From a virus (lineage: Duplodnaviria > Heunggongvirae > Uroviricota > Caudoviricetes), in the IMG/VR virus record IMGVR_UViG_2690316131_000018: a stretch of 29,394 nucleotides of DNA; one strand, given 5' to 3'. This document shows, piece after piece, positions 19,694 to 27,479 of this stretch. Position 1 is the first letter of the stretch. Every line of letters begins with the position of its first letter. Below the pieces are notes generated by a model. It saw only the letters and a program-made list of their open reading frames with translations, had not been told where the DNA came from and made no database searches. Position numbers and translations under genes: made by a program.

Positions 19694-20136
19694 TGGTTGC
19701 CTCCTTTGCGAAGCTCAGCGGCGAAGGCTACTGCGTGATCATGATGTTCAAGTGTGTATGCACACTTGAACATCTCCACGCCCTGCGCCCGTACTTCAGC
19801 TAGGAAAGCATCGGTGGCTGGGGTGTCAACACGGATACTGTCGCGCAAGATGAAAAATGCATTGAGCATCCCAGTCTCCGGCACTTCATCCTGATACTTC
19901 TCATACGCATCAAGAGCCTTCATCATCTCAGGTCCGAATGGTTGAGGGTGCGCAGATTTCAGTCTCGCATTCTCCGCCGCCAGCGCATTAGCACGCACCA
20001 GTTGCACTTCCAGTTGCGTTGCCAAATCGCTGATCAGCTTTGCCACACTGCGCATATCAACGGCACCACATTCTGCTTTCAGTTCCGAAGCCATCTCATG
20101 CCCGGCGGCAACTAACCCTTTGATATTACTTTCCAT
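19690..20136 (-). CDS. Ead/Ea22-like protein (paralog of 18618..19061)
   Basis: 148-aa ORF sharing the ENARLKS coiled-coil motif. Confidence 0.5.
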   Translation of the reverse strand: MESNIKGLVAAGHEMASELKAECGAVDMRSVAKLISDLATQLEVQLVRANALAAENARLKSAHPQPFGPEMMKALDAYEKYQDEVPETGMLNAFFILRDSIRVDTPATDAFLAEVRAQGVEMFKCAYTLEHHDHAVAFAAELRKGGNQ

Positions 20137-20197
20137 CTTTACCCTCGCTTATCCACATAACTTATTGATTACATTGATAACTAAAAAGATCGTCGAT

Positions 20198-20542
20198 TCA
20201 GAACTCTTCGATGTTCCAGCCACCACCTGCTTTCTTTGGTTTAACCGTTACCCCGATGATTCGGAACGGATACTGATCTGCGGCGACTTTGGTTTTCACC
20301 CTGGCGTCGTCGGTCCAGAAACCTTTCACTTCGTGCAGTTCCATCTCTCCGGTGGCGAGCATCACAGCGAAATCGGGCGTATAGAACGTGTTATCAGCTA
20401 ACCGCAGCTTGATACCCTCAAATCGATACCAGACGATTTCTCCTGCACGTTTACGCAGCTCAAGGTGCTGGCAATACGCAGATTCTGTTTTGTTCATCTG
20501 ACCTGTTTTGAGTCGACCAAGAGCCTGTATCTGTTTTCTCAT
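20198..20542 (-). CDS. DUF1064-like phage protein, putative PD-(D/E)xK nuclease
   Basis: 114-aa ORF with ATG start. The YTPDF...E.HEVKG pattern fits a restriction-endonuclease-like fold. Confidence 0.5.
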   Translation of the reverse strand: MRKQIQALGRLKTGQMNKTESAYCQHLELRKRAGEIVWYRFEGIKLRLADNTFYTPDFAVMLATGEMELHEVKGFWTDDARVKTKVAADQYPFRIIGVTVKPKKAGGGWNIEEF

Positions 20543-20545
20543 GAT

Positions 20546-20622
20546 TTACCTCTGAGGTAATTAAAAACCACATAAGACACGAAATCAATAGATTTTAGAA
20601 TATTTTATTACCTAACAGGTAA
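20546..20622 (-). promoter_or_regulatory. repressible promoter for the nin-like block, flanked by two operator palindromes
   Basis: On the - strand: operator TTACCTGTTAGGTAA (20608-20622), then -35 TTGATT (20583-20588), 17-nt spacer, -10 TTTAAT (20560-20565), then operator TTACCTCAGAGGTAA (20546-20560) abutting the -10 and containing the ribosome-binding site for the ATG at 20542. Confidence 0.5.
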
Positions 20623-20659
20623 TTGTCGAGGCGTAAAAAAATGCGCTATCGCGCTGGTA

Positions 20660-21460
20660 TTACTTGATAAATCCTGCCGCCTTTCCTCGCCTGTATTCCT
20701 CCATCAGCCACTGCGCCGGTGTTATTCCACCAAGGGTGGCGGCGTTAGGCATGCACCCGAAACTTCGCCCTGGTGGATGGTAAACGTCTCTCCCTGTGTC
20801 CGGAGGTGTACTCATGGGTTCTGGCTTTGCCTGTATGCTGATCACCGGATCGGGTATCTGCTGTCCGGAAGCCACCTTTTTCGCCCAATCATCGAGCAGC
20901 TTGCGCGCGTGTTTCTCAACCTCAATCTCGCTAAGCTGGCGCTGATACATTGCACGGCGGGTATCACATACGACCCAGTACATAACCGGATGTCGCCACG
21001 GGAATCTTTCGGGACCACCAGGATATAAACTTTTTTCCTTGCTGTACCGGTTAAACTCCGCCATCACATCGTCAATGGTGACGCCAAGAACCATCTTGCT
21101 GTCTTTACACCACTTGATGAATTGCCCAGGCGACGGCCAGAACGGAGATTCACTGGCGCGGGCGTGGCGCATACCAGCAGAAACCTGTTCACGGGTTCGG
21201 ATCCCCCCTTCGGCAAACGCAGCAATCCACTGCTGTTTTGCAGCAACTTCCTGCTCTGGCGTCTTCAGGTTGGTTACCACTGCCGCCGGAAACAGTTGTT
21301 TCAGCTGTTTGAAAAGGGCATCAACAAGCCTCTCTGCTGACATGTTCACCACGTTATCATTGTTGGTGTACTGATGCTCATAACCTGACATGCGAGAAAG
21401 GGCTTCTCCGTCACGGTTTTGTATCGCGGTAAAAACGTTGTTCACAAGAAATCCTCCCAT
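20660..21460 (-). CDS. lambda P-like replication protein (helicase loader)
   Basis: Central region closely resembles lambda P from memory (WIAAFAEGGIRTREQVSAGMRHARASESPFWPSPGQFIKWC; LYPGGPERFPWRHPVMYWVV). Probable start is GTG at ~21445, preceded by GGAGGA and overlapping the O-like stop. Confidence 0.75.
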   Translation of the reverse strand: MGGFLVNNVFTAIQNRDGEALSRMSGYEHQYTNNDNVVNMSAERLVDALFKQLKQLFPAAVVTNLKTPEQEVAAKQQWIAAFAEGGIRTREQVSAGMRHARASESPFWPSPGQFIKWCKDSKMVLGVTIDDVMAEFNRYSKEKSLYPGGPERFPWRHPVMYWVVCDTRRAMYQRQLSEIEVEKHARKLLDDWAKKVASGQQIPDPVISIQAKPEPMSTPPDTGRDVYHPPGRSFGCMPNAATLGGITPAQWLMEEYRRGKAAGFIK

Positions 21461-22257
21461 GCTTCAGGGCTGTTCCTGTGCGGAACGTTGTTATCAGGTA
21501 ATGTTGATTGCTTCTGTCTGCTAATCTGCAGCCTCCTTGCCAGCTTCTGCTCCCACTGTGCCTGATGGTATGCCTTACCCTCAGCCATCCAGTAAATTCT
21601 GAACTCTGCAAGTTCCTGTGCCGTTGGCAGACTGTCCAGGTAGATCCCCTGCAATGAGCTTTTCCGAAGAAAGTCATCTGATGGCTGCCATTGTTCATGC
21701 ATGACAAATTTGCCTAATTGCCCTGGCCCACCAGGAGGAACAAAGTTATTCATCACGGCGTTGTTTGCGCCGGGGTCATGAGGCACAGAATCCCCGCTTT
21801 TTGTCCTGCTCTCCCTCTCTTGGTTAAATGACTGGTTATATGACTGGTTCTGGATCCCGTTTTTGGGATCATTCAACATCCCGTTTTTGGGATCATTCAA
21901 CATCCCGTTTTTGGGTATATTCCCGTTTTCGGTAACATTACCGTTTTCGGGTTCATTGCCCCCCTCCAGGTTGCCTTTAATGTTCCCGTTTTTGGTTATA
22001 TTAAGAGAGAAAACCCGCACTCTTTTTGTCGCTCCCTTTCTCTCTCCGGTATCTGAAATAAGCCCCATTTTCATGAGCGATATAAGCCCGGCCTGCACGG
22101 TTTTTTTATTCAGGCAAGTGTCTTTAACGAGGCGTTCTATGCTGGGGTAGCAGAGGTTATATTCATCGGCTCTGTCAGCCATCGAGAGCAGTATGAGCTT
22201 TAATGATGAGCTACCTGGATCTGTCTCCCAGGCCCAATCTGTTGCATGTCTGCTCAT
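21442..22257 (-). CDS. lambda O-like replication initiator
   Basis: 271-aa ORF with an N-terminal HTH-like region, internal repeats (NGMLNDPKNG) encoded by iterons, and position directly upstream of the P-like gene. ATG at 22257 with GGAG ribosome-binding site. Confidence 0.7.
   Translation of the reverse strand: MSRHATDWAWETDPGSSSLKLILLSMADRADEYNLCYPSIERLVKDTCLNKKTVQAGLISLMKMGLISDTGERKGATKRVRVFSLNITKNGNIKGNLEGGNEPENGNVTENGNIPKNGMLNDPKNGMLNDPKNGIQNQSYNQSFNQERESRTKSGDSVPHDPGANNAVMNNFVPPGGPGQLGKFVMHEQWQPSDDFLRKSSLQGIYLDSLPTAQELAEFRIYWMAEGKAYHQAQWEQKLARRLQISRQKQSTLPDNNVPHRNSPEAWEDFL
21854..22002. repeat. origin-type iterons inside the O-like gene
   Basis: Two tandem 24-bp copies of ATCCCGTTTTTGGGATCATTCAAC followed by degenerate copies. 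Each has an internal inverted repeat (ATCCC...GGGAT) and resembles lambda ori iterons. Confidence 0.65.
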
Positions 22258-22272
22258 GATTAATCTCCGCTA

Positions 22273-22536
22273 TCAGCTTGAGTGTTGTGGGGAGGAATTA
22301 ATCATGATCTGCTTAATCTCTGCCCTGATGCGACGGTTTGATTCCATGGTGCACTCAACACAGTGTCCGTTGTAAACCCAGCGTTCACTGTCATGTCCGT
22401 GCTTACATGGTTTTCCGGTGTAGTAGCGTTTAAGTCCGCGCTTTGCGGCATCAATACGTGTAATGATTTCCATGGTAAGCCCTGTTATTAGTATTGGGAT
22501 TACGGTTATTTTGTGCTGACACAAAAAAAAGATCAA
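22273..22536 (-). CDS. small zinc-finger-like hypothetical protein (cII position)
   Basis: Probable start is the ATG at ~22473 (MEIITRIDAAK...CKHGHDSERWVYNGHCVEC). Located between the Cro-like and O-like genes. Confidence 0.4.
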   Translation of the reverse strand: MIFFLCQHKITVIPILITGLTMEIITRIDAAKRGLKRYYTGKPCKHGHDSERWVYNGHCVECTMESNRRIRAEIKQIMINSSPQHSS

Positions 22537-22553
22537 CCATATTTGGTTTTTTA

Positions 22554-22568
22554 TTACCTTTGAGGTAC
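22554..22568. promoter_or_regulatory. operator-like palindrome TTACCTTTGAGGTAC
   Basis: Imperfect TTACC-N5-GGTAA between the Cro-like gene's terminator hairpin and the next gene. Confidence 0.4.
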
Positions 22569-22583
22569 GAATAGATATGAAAA

Positions 22584-22601
22584 GACCGCCGGATGGCGGT
22601 C
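22584..22601 (-). terminator. possible terminator after the Cro-like gene
   Basis: GACCGCC-GGAT-GGCGGTC hairpin followed on the - strand by TTT. Weak T-tract. Confidence 0.35.
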
Positions 22602-22623
22602 TACAGAGGGTTGTGGCTGGATA

Positions 22624-22854
22624 TCATGAGTAGAAGAAGTATGCCAGTTCTGCTTTTGAGCGCAGCCATTGTCTTGTTTTACAGGCTTTAAAAAGCCCAT
22701 TCATCAATACCTTACCTGGGATTTTGCGCTTACCTGTTAAGTGAGTCTGGATATAGTGACTCGTCGTTCCGGCTTCCTGTGCGAAGGCTTCACGCTCATC
22801 CGGAGTAAGTGCAAGCCAGTGCTTTTTGAAATCGAAATGTCCGTTATCGCTCAT
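22624..22854 (-). CDS. Cro/CII-like HTH regulator, first gene of the rightward-equivalent operon
   Basis: 76-aa ORF with ATG start, divergent from the repressor gene. HTH-like segment EAGTTSHYIQTHLTGKRKIP. Confidence 0.55.
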   Translation of the reverse strand: MSDNGHFDFKKHWLALTPDEREAFAQEAGTTSHYIQTHLTGKRKIPGKVLMNGLFKACKTRQWLRSKAELAYFFYS

Positions 22855-22890
22855 AGCTATTGCCTGATATTTATTTCAGATAATAAATAT

Positions 22891-22953
22891 TCACCCATAA
22901 GGTAACAAAAATCAAGGATAGTTACCTGTGGGGTGCATTTACCTGTTGGGTAA
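22891..22953. promoter_or_regulatory. tripartite operator region between the Cro-like and repressor genes
   Basis: Three TTACC-N5-GGTAA-type sites: TCACCCATAAGGTAA (22891-22905), TTACCTGTGGGGTGC (22922-22936) and the perfect TTACCTGTTGGGTAA (22939-22953). Confidence 0.6.
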
Positions 22954-23008
22954 TATTGCTTTAAATTGAATCATCTACTGATTCATATATGAGGCGATTT
23001 TCCAGAAA

Positions 23009-23593
23009 ATGAAAAGTATCCAGGACGTCCGCAGGCAAAATCTCAACGACTTGATCGACCGTGAATTCAATGGTGTTCAGACGCGGATGGCAGAAAAACT
23101 TGGAACTCAGGCAAATCTGGTAAACCGCTGGGCTCTTGGCAAGAAGGTTATCGGCGACCAGGTTGCGCGAAAAATCGAAGCTGCCGCCAATAAACCCCGT
23201 AACTGGCTTGATATCGATCGCTCGCTTTCTCAGGAAGGTTTTCAGCCTGTCGGACCAAGCGACATTGGTCAACTGGCGGCTCACAACCTGGAACGCTGGA
23301 TGAGCGAAAGCCGCGACCTTTCAACACAGGGAAAACTTCACCGCGCATCTGGCGTCTCCCAGGTGACAATCAGCCGCCTGTTAAACAATGAGGTCAGCGT
23401 TTCCATTTCCACCCTGGAGAATGTTGCATCCGCATTCGGGCGTCACGGCTATGAATTACTGATTCACCCGCACGACCCTGCGACCATCAACTATGACCGC
23501 TCGCGCTACGCATTGTTACCCGAAACCGAGAAAGCAAAGATCGAAAGTTACATTGAATTTGTCATCAACCAGAACGAAAAAAACAAACAATAA
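23009..23593 (+). CDS. prophage repressor-like HTH protein, no obvious autocleavage domain
   Basis: 194-aa ORF with ATG start, divergent from the Cro-like gene. Two HTH-like segments (QTRMAEKLGTQANLVNRWA and ASGVSQVTISRLL). I see no Ser/Lys peptidase motifs. Confidence 0.6.
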   Translation: MKSIQDVRRQNLNDLIDREFNGVQTRMAEKLGTQANLVNRWALGKKVIGDQVARKIEAAANKPRNWLDIDRSLSQEGFQPVGPSDIGQLAAHNLERWMSESRDLSTQGKLHRASGVSQVTISRLLNNEVSVSISTLENVASAFGRHGYELLIHPHDPATINYDRSRYALLPETEKAKIESYIEFVINQNEKNKQ

Positions 23594-23613
23594 AATCATA
23601 TTTTTCAGTAAGT

Positions 23614-23640
23614 AAGCCGCCTTCTGGCGGCTTTTTTATT
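23614..23640 (+). terminator. rho-independent terminator after the repressor gene
   Basis: AAGCCGCC-TTCT-GGCGGCTT followed by TTTTATT. Confidence 0.6.
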
Positions 23641-23650
23641 GCCTGTTTGA

Positions 23651-23727
23651 TTACCTAAAGGGTAATTTTTTTAACTCATATCTATTGACACCAAACCAAA
23701 TACGCATAATCATTACCTCAACGGTAA
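23651..23727 (+). promoter_or_regulatory. pL-like early-left promoter with two flanking operator palindromes
   Basis: TTACCTAAAGGGTAA (23651-23665), TTGACA (23685-23690), CATAAT-like -10, then TTACCTCAACGGTAA (23713-23727). Operator centres are ~62 bp apart, as at the nin promoter. Confidence 0.5.
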
Positions 23728-23746
23728 CAAGCCGAGGTAACAAATT

Positions 23747-23899
23747 ATGCAGTGGAAAATCATCAACGGTTGGTACTGCGTTACTGCATGCGGATTCATG
23801 AGCTGGAAGTTCCGCACCTTACAGGAAGGCATTAAGTGGGCTTTCGTCAGCAAAGAAGCTCGCGATGTAGCCAACGATAACGAGATATGGGAGGGCTGA
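23747..23899 (+). CDS. possible small protein (50 aa), first ORF of the early-left operon
   Basis: ATG preceded by GAGGTAA at good spacing. My translation: MQWKIINGWYCVTACGFMSWKFRTLQEGIKWAFVSKEARDVANDNEIWEG. Too short for the ORF track. Confidence 0.3.
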   Translation: MQWKIINGWYCVTACGFMSWKFRTLQEGIKWAFVSKEARDVANDNEIWEG

Positions 23900-24201
23900 T
23901 AATGAACGTTAATCAGCAGAAAAATCTTCAAAAAATCATGCTGGCATTCGACAAGGACTACCGCCTGTCAGAACAGCTATATGACCGACAAGTTGAACTG
24001 ATCGAGAGCATCCGGCTTCATCAACTAGCCTCAACTTTCGACGCTGTAACAGGTAAAGGCGTTCGCCAGGAAGTACTGGAGGCCGCTAAAGACAGTCCAG
24101 AGTTCGAAGAACTGATGGATTCCTACCGGCGCGAGGCAATGGCAATTATCGCCCGCTGGGATCTGGCTGATCAGCTTGATGGACAGAGGGACGCGGCATG
24201 A
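23887..24201 (+). CDS. hypothetical early protein
   Basis: Probable start is the ATG at ~23902 (MNVNQQK), preceded by GGGAGGG. Stop overlaps the exonuclease start. Confidence 0.5.
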   Translation: MGGLIMNVNQQKNLQKIMLAFDKDYRLSEQLYDRQVELIESIRLHQLASTFDAVTGKGVRQEVLEAAKDSPEFEELMDSYRREAMAIIARWDLADQLDGQRDAA

Positions 24202-25097
24202 TGCGGAACGCTGGAATCATGGATAGAACAAAATACATCGGAGGAAGCGATGTTGCAGGGATTCTTGGAATTAGCCCATGGCGCACCCCGCTTGAGGTTT
24301 ATCTGGATAAGGTACAGCCACGTGTCAAACCAGTAGACCCAAGCAAGCAGAAAGTTTTCACGCGTGGCCAGCGTATGGAGCCATACGTAATAGACCTGCT
24401 TTCTGAGGAAACAGGGATGGAAATCGTTCATCGCGGAAACCGCTATATCCACCGTGATTACGATTTTATTGCAGCTGAGATCGATGCAGAAGCAGCGTCA
24501 GGCGAGAACATTGAGATCAAAACAGTTAGTCCGTTCAAAGCCAAAGAATGGGGAGAAATCCAGACAGATGCAATTCCTGTGCATTACACGGCCCAGGCCA
24601 TGCACGGGTTGATGGTTACAAACAAACAGGTATGCGTTTTCGGTGTGCTTATCGGTGGCGACGACTTCCGAATCTATCGGGTTGAGCGTGATGAAGAAAC
24701 TATCCAGGCAATCTTAGAAAAAGAAATCGCTTTCTGGGACCGAGTGAAAAATCTTAACCCGCCGGAAGCTACCAGCGTAAGCGATATATCGCTGATGTTT
24801 GAGAAAGATGCCGGGACAAGTATCGAGGCTGACGGAAAGGCACTCGCACTATTCAACGATCTACGAGACATGAAGTCACGCAGAAAATCACTGGAAGAAG
24901 AAATAGCTATATCAGAAGAGAAGCTGAAGATGTACATGCAAGAGCACTCAGTCCTGACCCTGGACGGAAAGCCGCTCTGCACATGGAAATCTCAGATCAG
25001 CAACAGATTCGACCAGAAGCTATTCCAGTCAGTACACCCTGAGTTATTCGAAAAATTCAAAACAACAACGACACAACGCGTCTTCAGAATGAAGTAA
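24198..25097 (+). CDS. YqaJ-like viral recombination exonuclease
   Basis: N-terminal GGSDVAGILGISPWRTPLEVY is characteristic of the YqaJ domain. Directly upstream of RecT. Confidence 0.75.
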   Translation: MMRNAGIMDRTKYIGGSDVAGILGISPWRTPLEVYLDKVQPRVKPVDPSKQKVFTRGQRMEPYVIDLLSEETGMEIVHRGNRYIHRDYDFIAAEIDAEAASGENIEIKTVSPFKAKEWGEIQTDAIPVHYTAQAMHGLMVTNKQVCVFGVLIGGDDFRIYRVERDEETIQAILEKEIAFWDRVKNLNPPEATSVSDISLMFEKDAGTSIEADGKALALFNDLRDMKSRRKSLEEEIAISEEKLKMYMQEHSVLTLDGKPLCTWKSQISNRFDQKLFQSVHPELFEKFKTTTTQRVFRMK

Positions 25098-25106
25098 GGA
25101 GAAAAA

Positions 25107-26129
25107 ATGTCTATCAATGCACTTAAGGCAGCGGCTACCGGTAACCAAGTTGCACATCATAATGAGAAACCAACAACTCTGGCCGGACTTCTGGCAGACC
25201 CAAAAATTAAAGCTCAGATGGCTTTGGCACTTCCAAAGCACATGACAGCAGACCGTCTGGCGCGCATAGCAACCACAGAGATCCGAAAGGTTCCAAAACT
25301 TGCATCATGCGACCAAGCCAGCTTCCTGGGGGCAATTATGCAATGTGCCCAATTGGGTCTTGAACCAGGCGGAGCTCTTGGACACGCTTACCTGATACCG
25401 TTCGACAAACGCCAGAAAGTAAATGGAAGATGGGAAACCGTATCTACAGAAGCACAGCTGATTATCGGCTATCGCGGAATGATTGACCTTGCCCGCCGCT
25501 CTGGGCAGATCCTGAGTATCTCGGCTCGTACCGTACATACAAACGACAAATTCAGCTACTCATACGGCCTGGAAGAAACGCTCGAGCATTTACCTTGCGA
25601 AACAGGTGACCGAGGAGAATTAACGCACGTTTACGCCGTTGCACGACTGAAAGATGGCGGAGTCCAATTTGAAGTTATGAGCCGGGCAGACATTGAGAAA
25701 GTTCGTGCACTGAGCAAAGCCGGTAGCAGTGGCCCATGGGTTGATCACTTCGATGAGATGGCTAAAAAAACAGTAATTCGCCGACTATTCAAATATCTTC
25801 CTGTTTCTATTGAAATGCAGAAGGCTGTTGTTATGGATGAGCGCGCTGAAGCTGGACTTAGCCAAGATAACGCAGCTGTTATCACTGGTGAATATTCCGT
25901 AGTTGACGATGAGCGTCAACACCTGTCGCCAATTTCAGATTCAGAACGAGAAGAAGCTCGAGAATATATCATCGCGATACTTAATAGCCTGGATCCATCT
26001 GCTGAAGATGCAAAAACGATGTTCAAGCGCGCTGAAAATGAGATTAACACCATGGCTGAAAAGCTCGGTGATGAATATCACCAAAAATTCATGATGACGC
26101 TTAACGATATGCGTCCAGAATTCGAGTAA
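25107..26129 (+). CDS. recT: RecT-family single-strand annealing protein
   Basis: 340-aa ORF with RecT-like conserved blocks, paired with the YqaJ-like exonuclease. Confidence 0.8.
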   Translation: MSINALKAAATGNQVAHHNEKPTTLAGLLADPKIKAQMALALPKHMTADRLARIATTEIRKVPKLASCDQASFLGAIMQCAQLGLEPGGALGHAYLIPFDKRQKVNGRWETVSTEAQLIIGYRGMIDLARRSGQILSISARTVHTNDKFSYSYGLEETLEHLPCETGDRGELTHVYAVARLKDGGVQFEVMSRADIEKVRALSKAGSSGPWVDHFDEMAKKTVIRRLFKYLPVSIEMQKAVVMDERAEAGLSQDNAAVITGEYSVVDDERQHLSPISDSEREEAREYIIAILNSLDPSAEDAKTMFKRAENEINTMAEKLGDEYHQKFMMTLNDMRPEFE

Positions 26130-26178
26130 CCACCACCGCGGCGCCACACGCGCCGCACTGCAACCAAGAGAGGTATTT

Positions 26179-26427
26179 ATGAAAGGTGCATTAGGTAAGA
26201 AGGAACTCCTGGCGGTGGTGCCACTGTCATGGAGCACTATCGATCGTATGGAGCGCGCAGGGGAATTTCCTAAACGCTGGTATATCACCGATAAACGCTG
26301 CGCATGGAACCGTGATGAAGTTGAGCGTTGGCTTGATGAACGTCAGGCAGCAAGTCCGGCAGAGTTCCAGGGTAAAAAACCTCCTGTTCAGCAACGTGTA
26401 TATCGTCCCGTGAGCAACGCGGCATGA
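26179..26427 (+). CDS. AlpA-family HTH protein (regulator or excisionase-like)
   Basis: 82-aa ORF; LSWSTIDRMERAGEFPKRWYITDKRCAWNRDEVERWL matches the AlpA/Xis-type HTH pattern. AGAGAGG ribosome-binding site. Confidence 0.6.
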   Translation: MKGALGKKELLAVVPLSWSTIDRMERAGEFPKRWYITDKRCAWNRDEVERWLDERQAASPAEFQGKKPPVQQRVYRPVSNAA

Positions 26428-26540
26428 GTGTGCTGCTAAGGCACTGGAGCAAATGGTCAGGATGGTACTTATTCCTGGCCTCTGTTTCAGCATGGCTTTA
26501 TCTGCTGGCATTAATTTTCAGAGAGGGTTGGATTAAGTGA
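26424..26540 (+). CDS. possible small hydrophobic peptide (38 aa)
   Basis: ATG overlaps the AlpA-like stop (ATGA). My translation, MSVLLRHWSKWSGWYLFLASVSAWLYLLALIFREGWIK, has one transmembrane-like segment. Unsupported otherwise. Confidence 0.25.
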   Translation: MSVLLRHWSKWSGWYLFLASVSAWLYLLALIFREGWIK

Positions 26541-26836
26541 GAAAGTTAAGCCGACTTGAAAAATATCACATGAACAAGGTTTCAATGCGCAGCCCTTCAA
26601 AGGTTGTTGCCGTTACTCCTGCGGCGATAGAGATCGAAAAACGCGCGATTGAAAGAGAGAAAAAAGGGCAGTTCCGCATTGCCGCTCACCTTTGGCTTCA
26701 GTGTATGGATGTTGCTTCTGGTGATGTTGAGCGTGCAAGGATCGCGGTTCGCAGGGACCAATGTATCACAAAAGGTAACGGCCTTCGCCGTGGCGACTAT
26801 AGCGGCATAGGATGTTGTGGGGTGGTTTATGACTAA
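26537..26836 (+). CDS. PerC-like transcriptional activator family protein (tentative)
   Basis: 99-aa ORF with GTG start and GAGAGGG upstream. EREKKGQFRIAAHLWLQCMDV resembles the PerC/Pch signature from memory. Confidence 0.4.
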   Translation: MRKLSRLEKYHMNKVSMRSPSKVVAVTPAAIEIEKRAIEREKKGQFRIAAHLWLQCMDVASGDVERARIAVRRDQCITKGNGLRRGDYSGIGCCGVVYD

Positions 26837-27479
26837 GAAATACACACTAATCTATGCAGATCCACCCTGGGTATACCGGGACAAAGCCGCAGATGGTAAT
26901 CGCGGTGCCGGTTTTAAATATCCGGTTATGAGTGTGCTGGATATCTGCCGCCTTCCTGTGTGGGATTTGGCCGATGAAAACTGTCTGTTGGCCATGTGGT
27001 GGGTGCCAACACAACCACTCGAAGCGCTAAAAGTTGTTGAAGCCTGGGGATTTCGCCTTATGACCATGAAGGGCTTCACGTGGATAAAATGTGGTAGTCG
27101 ACAACCAGATAAACTGGTTATGGGTATGGGACACATGACTCGCGCCAATAGTGAAGATTGCCTGTTTGCGGTAAAGGGAAAACTACCTCCGCGCATTAAT
27201 GCAGGGATCGTTCAGTCATTTACCGCACCGCGGCTTGAGCACTCAAGAAAACCAGATGTCGTTCGTGAAAAACTTGTGCAATTGTTAGGCGATGTTTCTC
27301 GCATTGAACTGTTCGCCCGCCAGTCGTCTCATGGCTTCGATGTTTGGGGTAATCAGTGTGAAGACCCGGCAGTGCAACTACACCCTGGATACGCGTTGGA
27401 TATTGCCAGATTAACAAATGCATTCAGCAATGCTCCGCTGTCACCAACAGACAACCAGGGGCGGGAGCGTGCAGCATGA
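26817..27479 (+). CDS. MT-A70-family DNA N6-adenine methyltransferase
   Basis: Catalytic DPPW motif in [10 protein letters not shown]. Probable start is the ATG at ~26829 with GGGGTGG upstream. Stop overlaps the phosphatase start. Confidence 0.75.
   Translation: MGWFMTKKYTLIYADPPWVYRDKAADGNRGAGFKYPVMSVLDICRLPVWDLADENCLLAMWWVPTQPLEALKVVEAWGFRLMTMKGFTWIKCGSRQPDKLVMGMGHMTRANSEDCLFAVKGKLPPRINAGIVQSFTAPRLEHSRKPDVVREKLVQLLGDVSRIELFARQSSHGFDVWGNQCEDPAVQLHPGYALDIARLTNAFSNAPLSPTDNQGRERAA

Noticed and set aside
21854-22002. CRISPR array
   Set aside because: The repeats are tandem with no unique spacers, lie inside the O-like coding sequence, and match lambda-type iteron structure.
22577-22633. 18-codon + strand ORF (MKRPPDGGLQRVVAGYHE) with a GAGGT site upstream
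   Set aside because: It overlaps the terminator-like hairpin after the Cro-like gene. The apparent ribosome-binding site is simply half of the operator palindrome.
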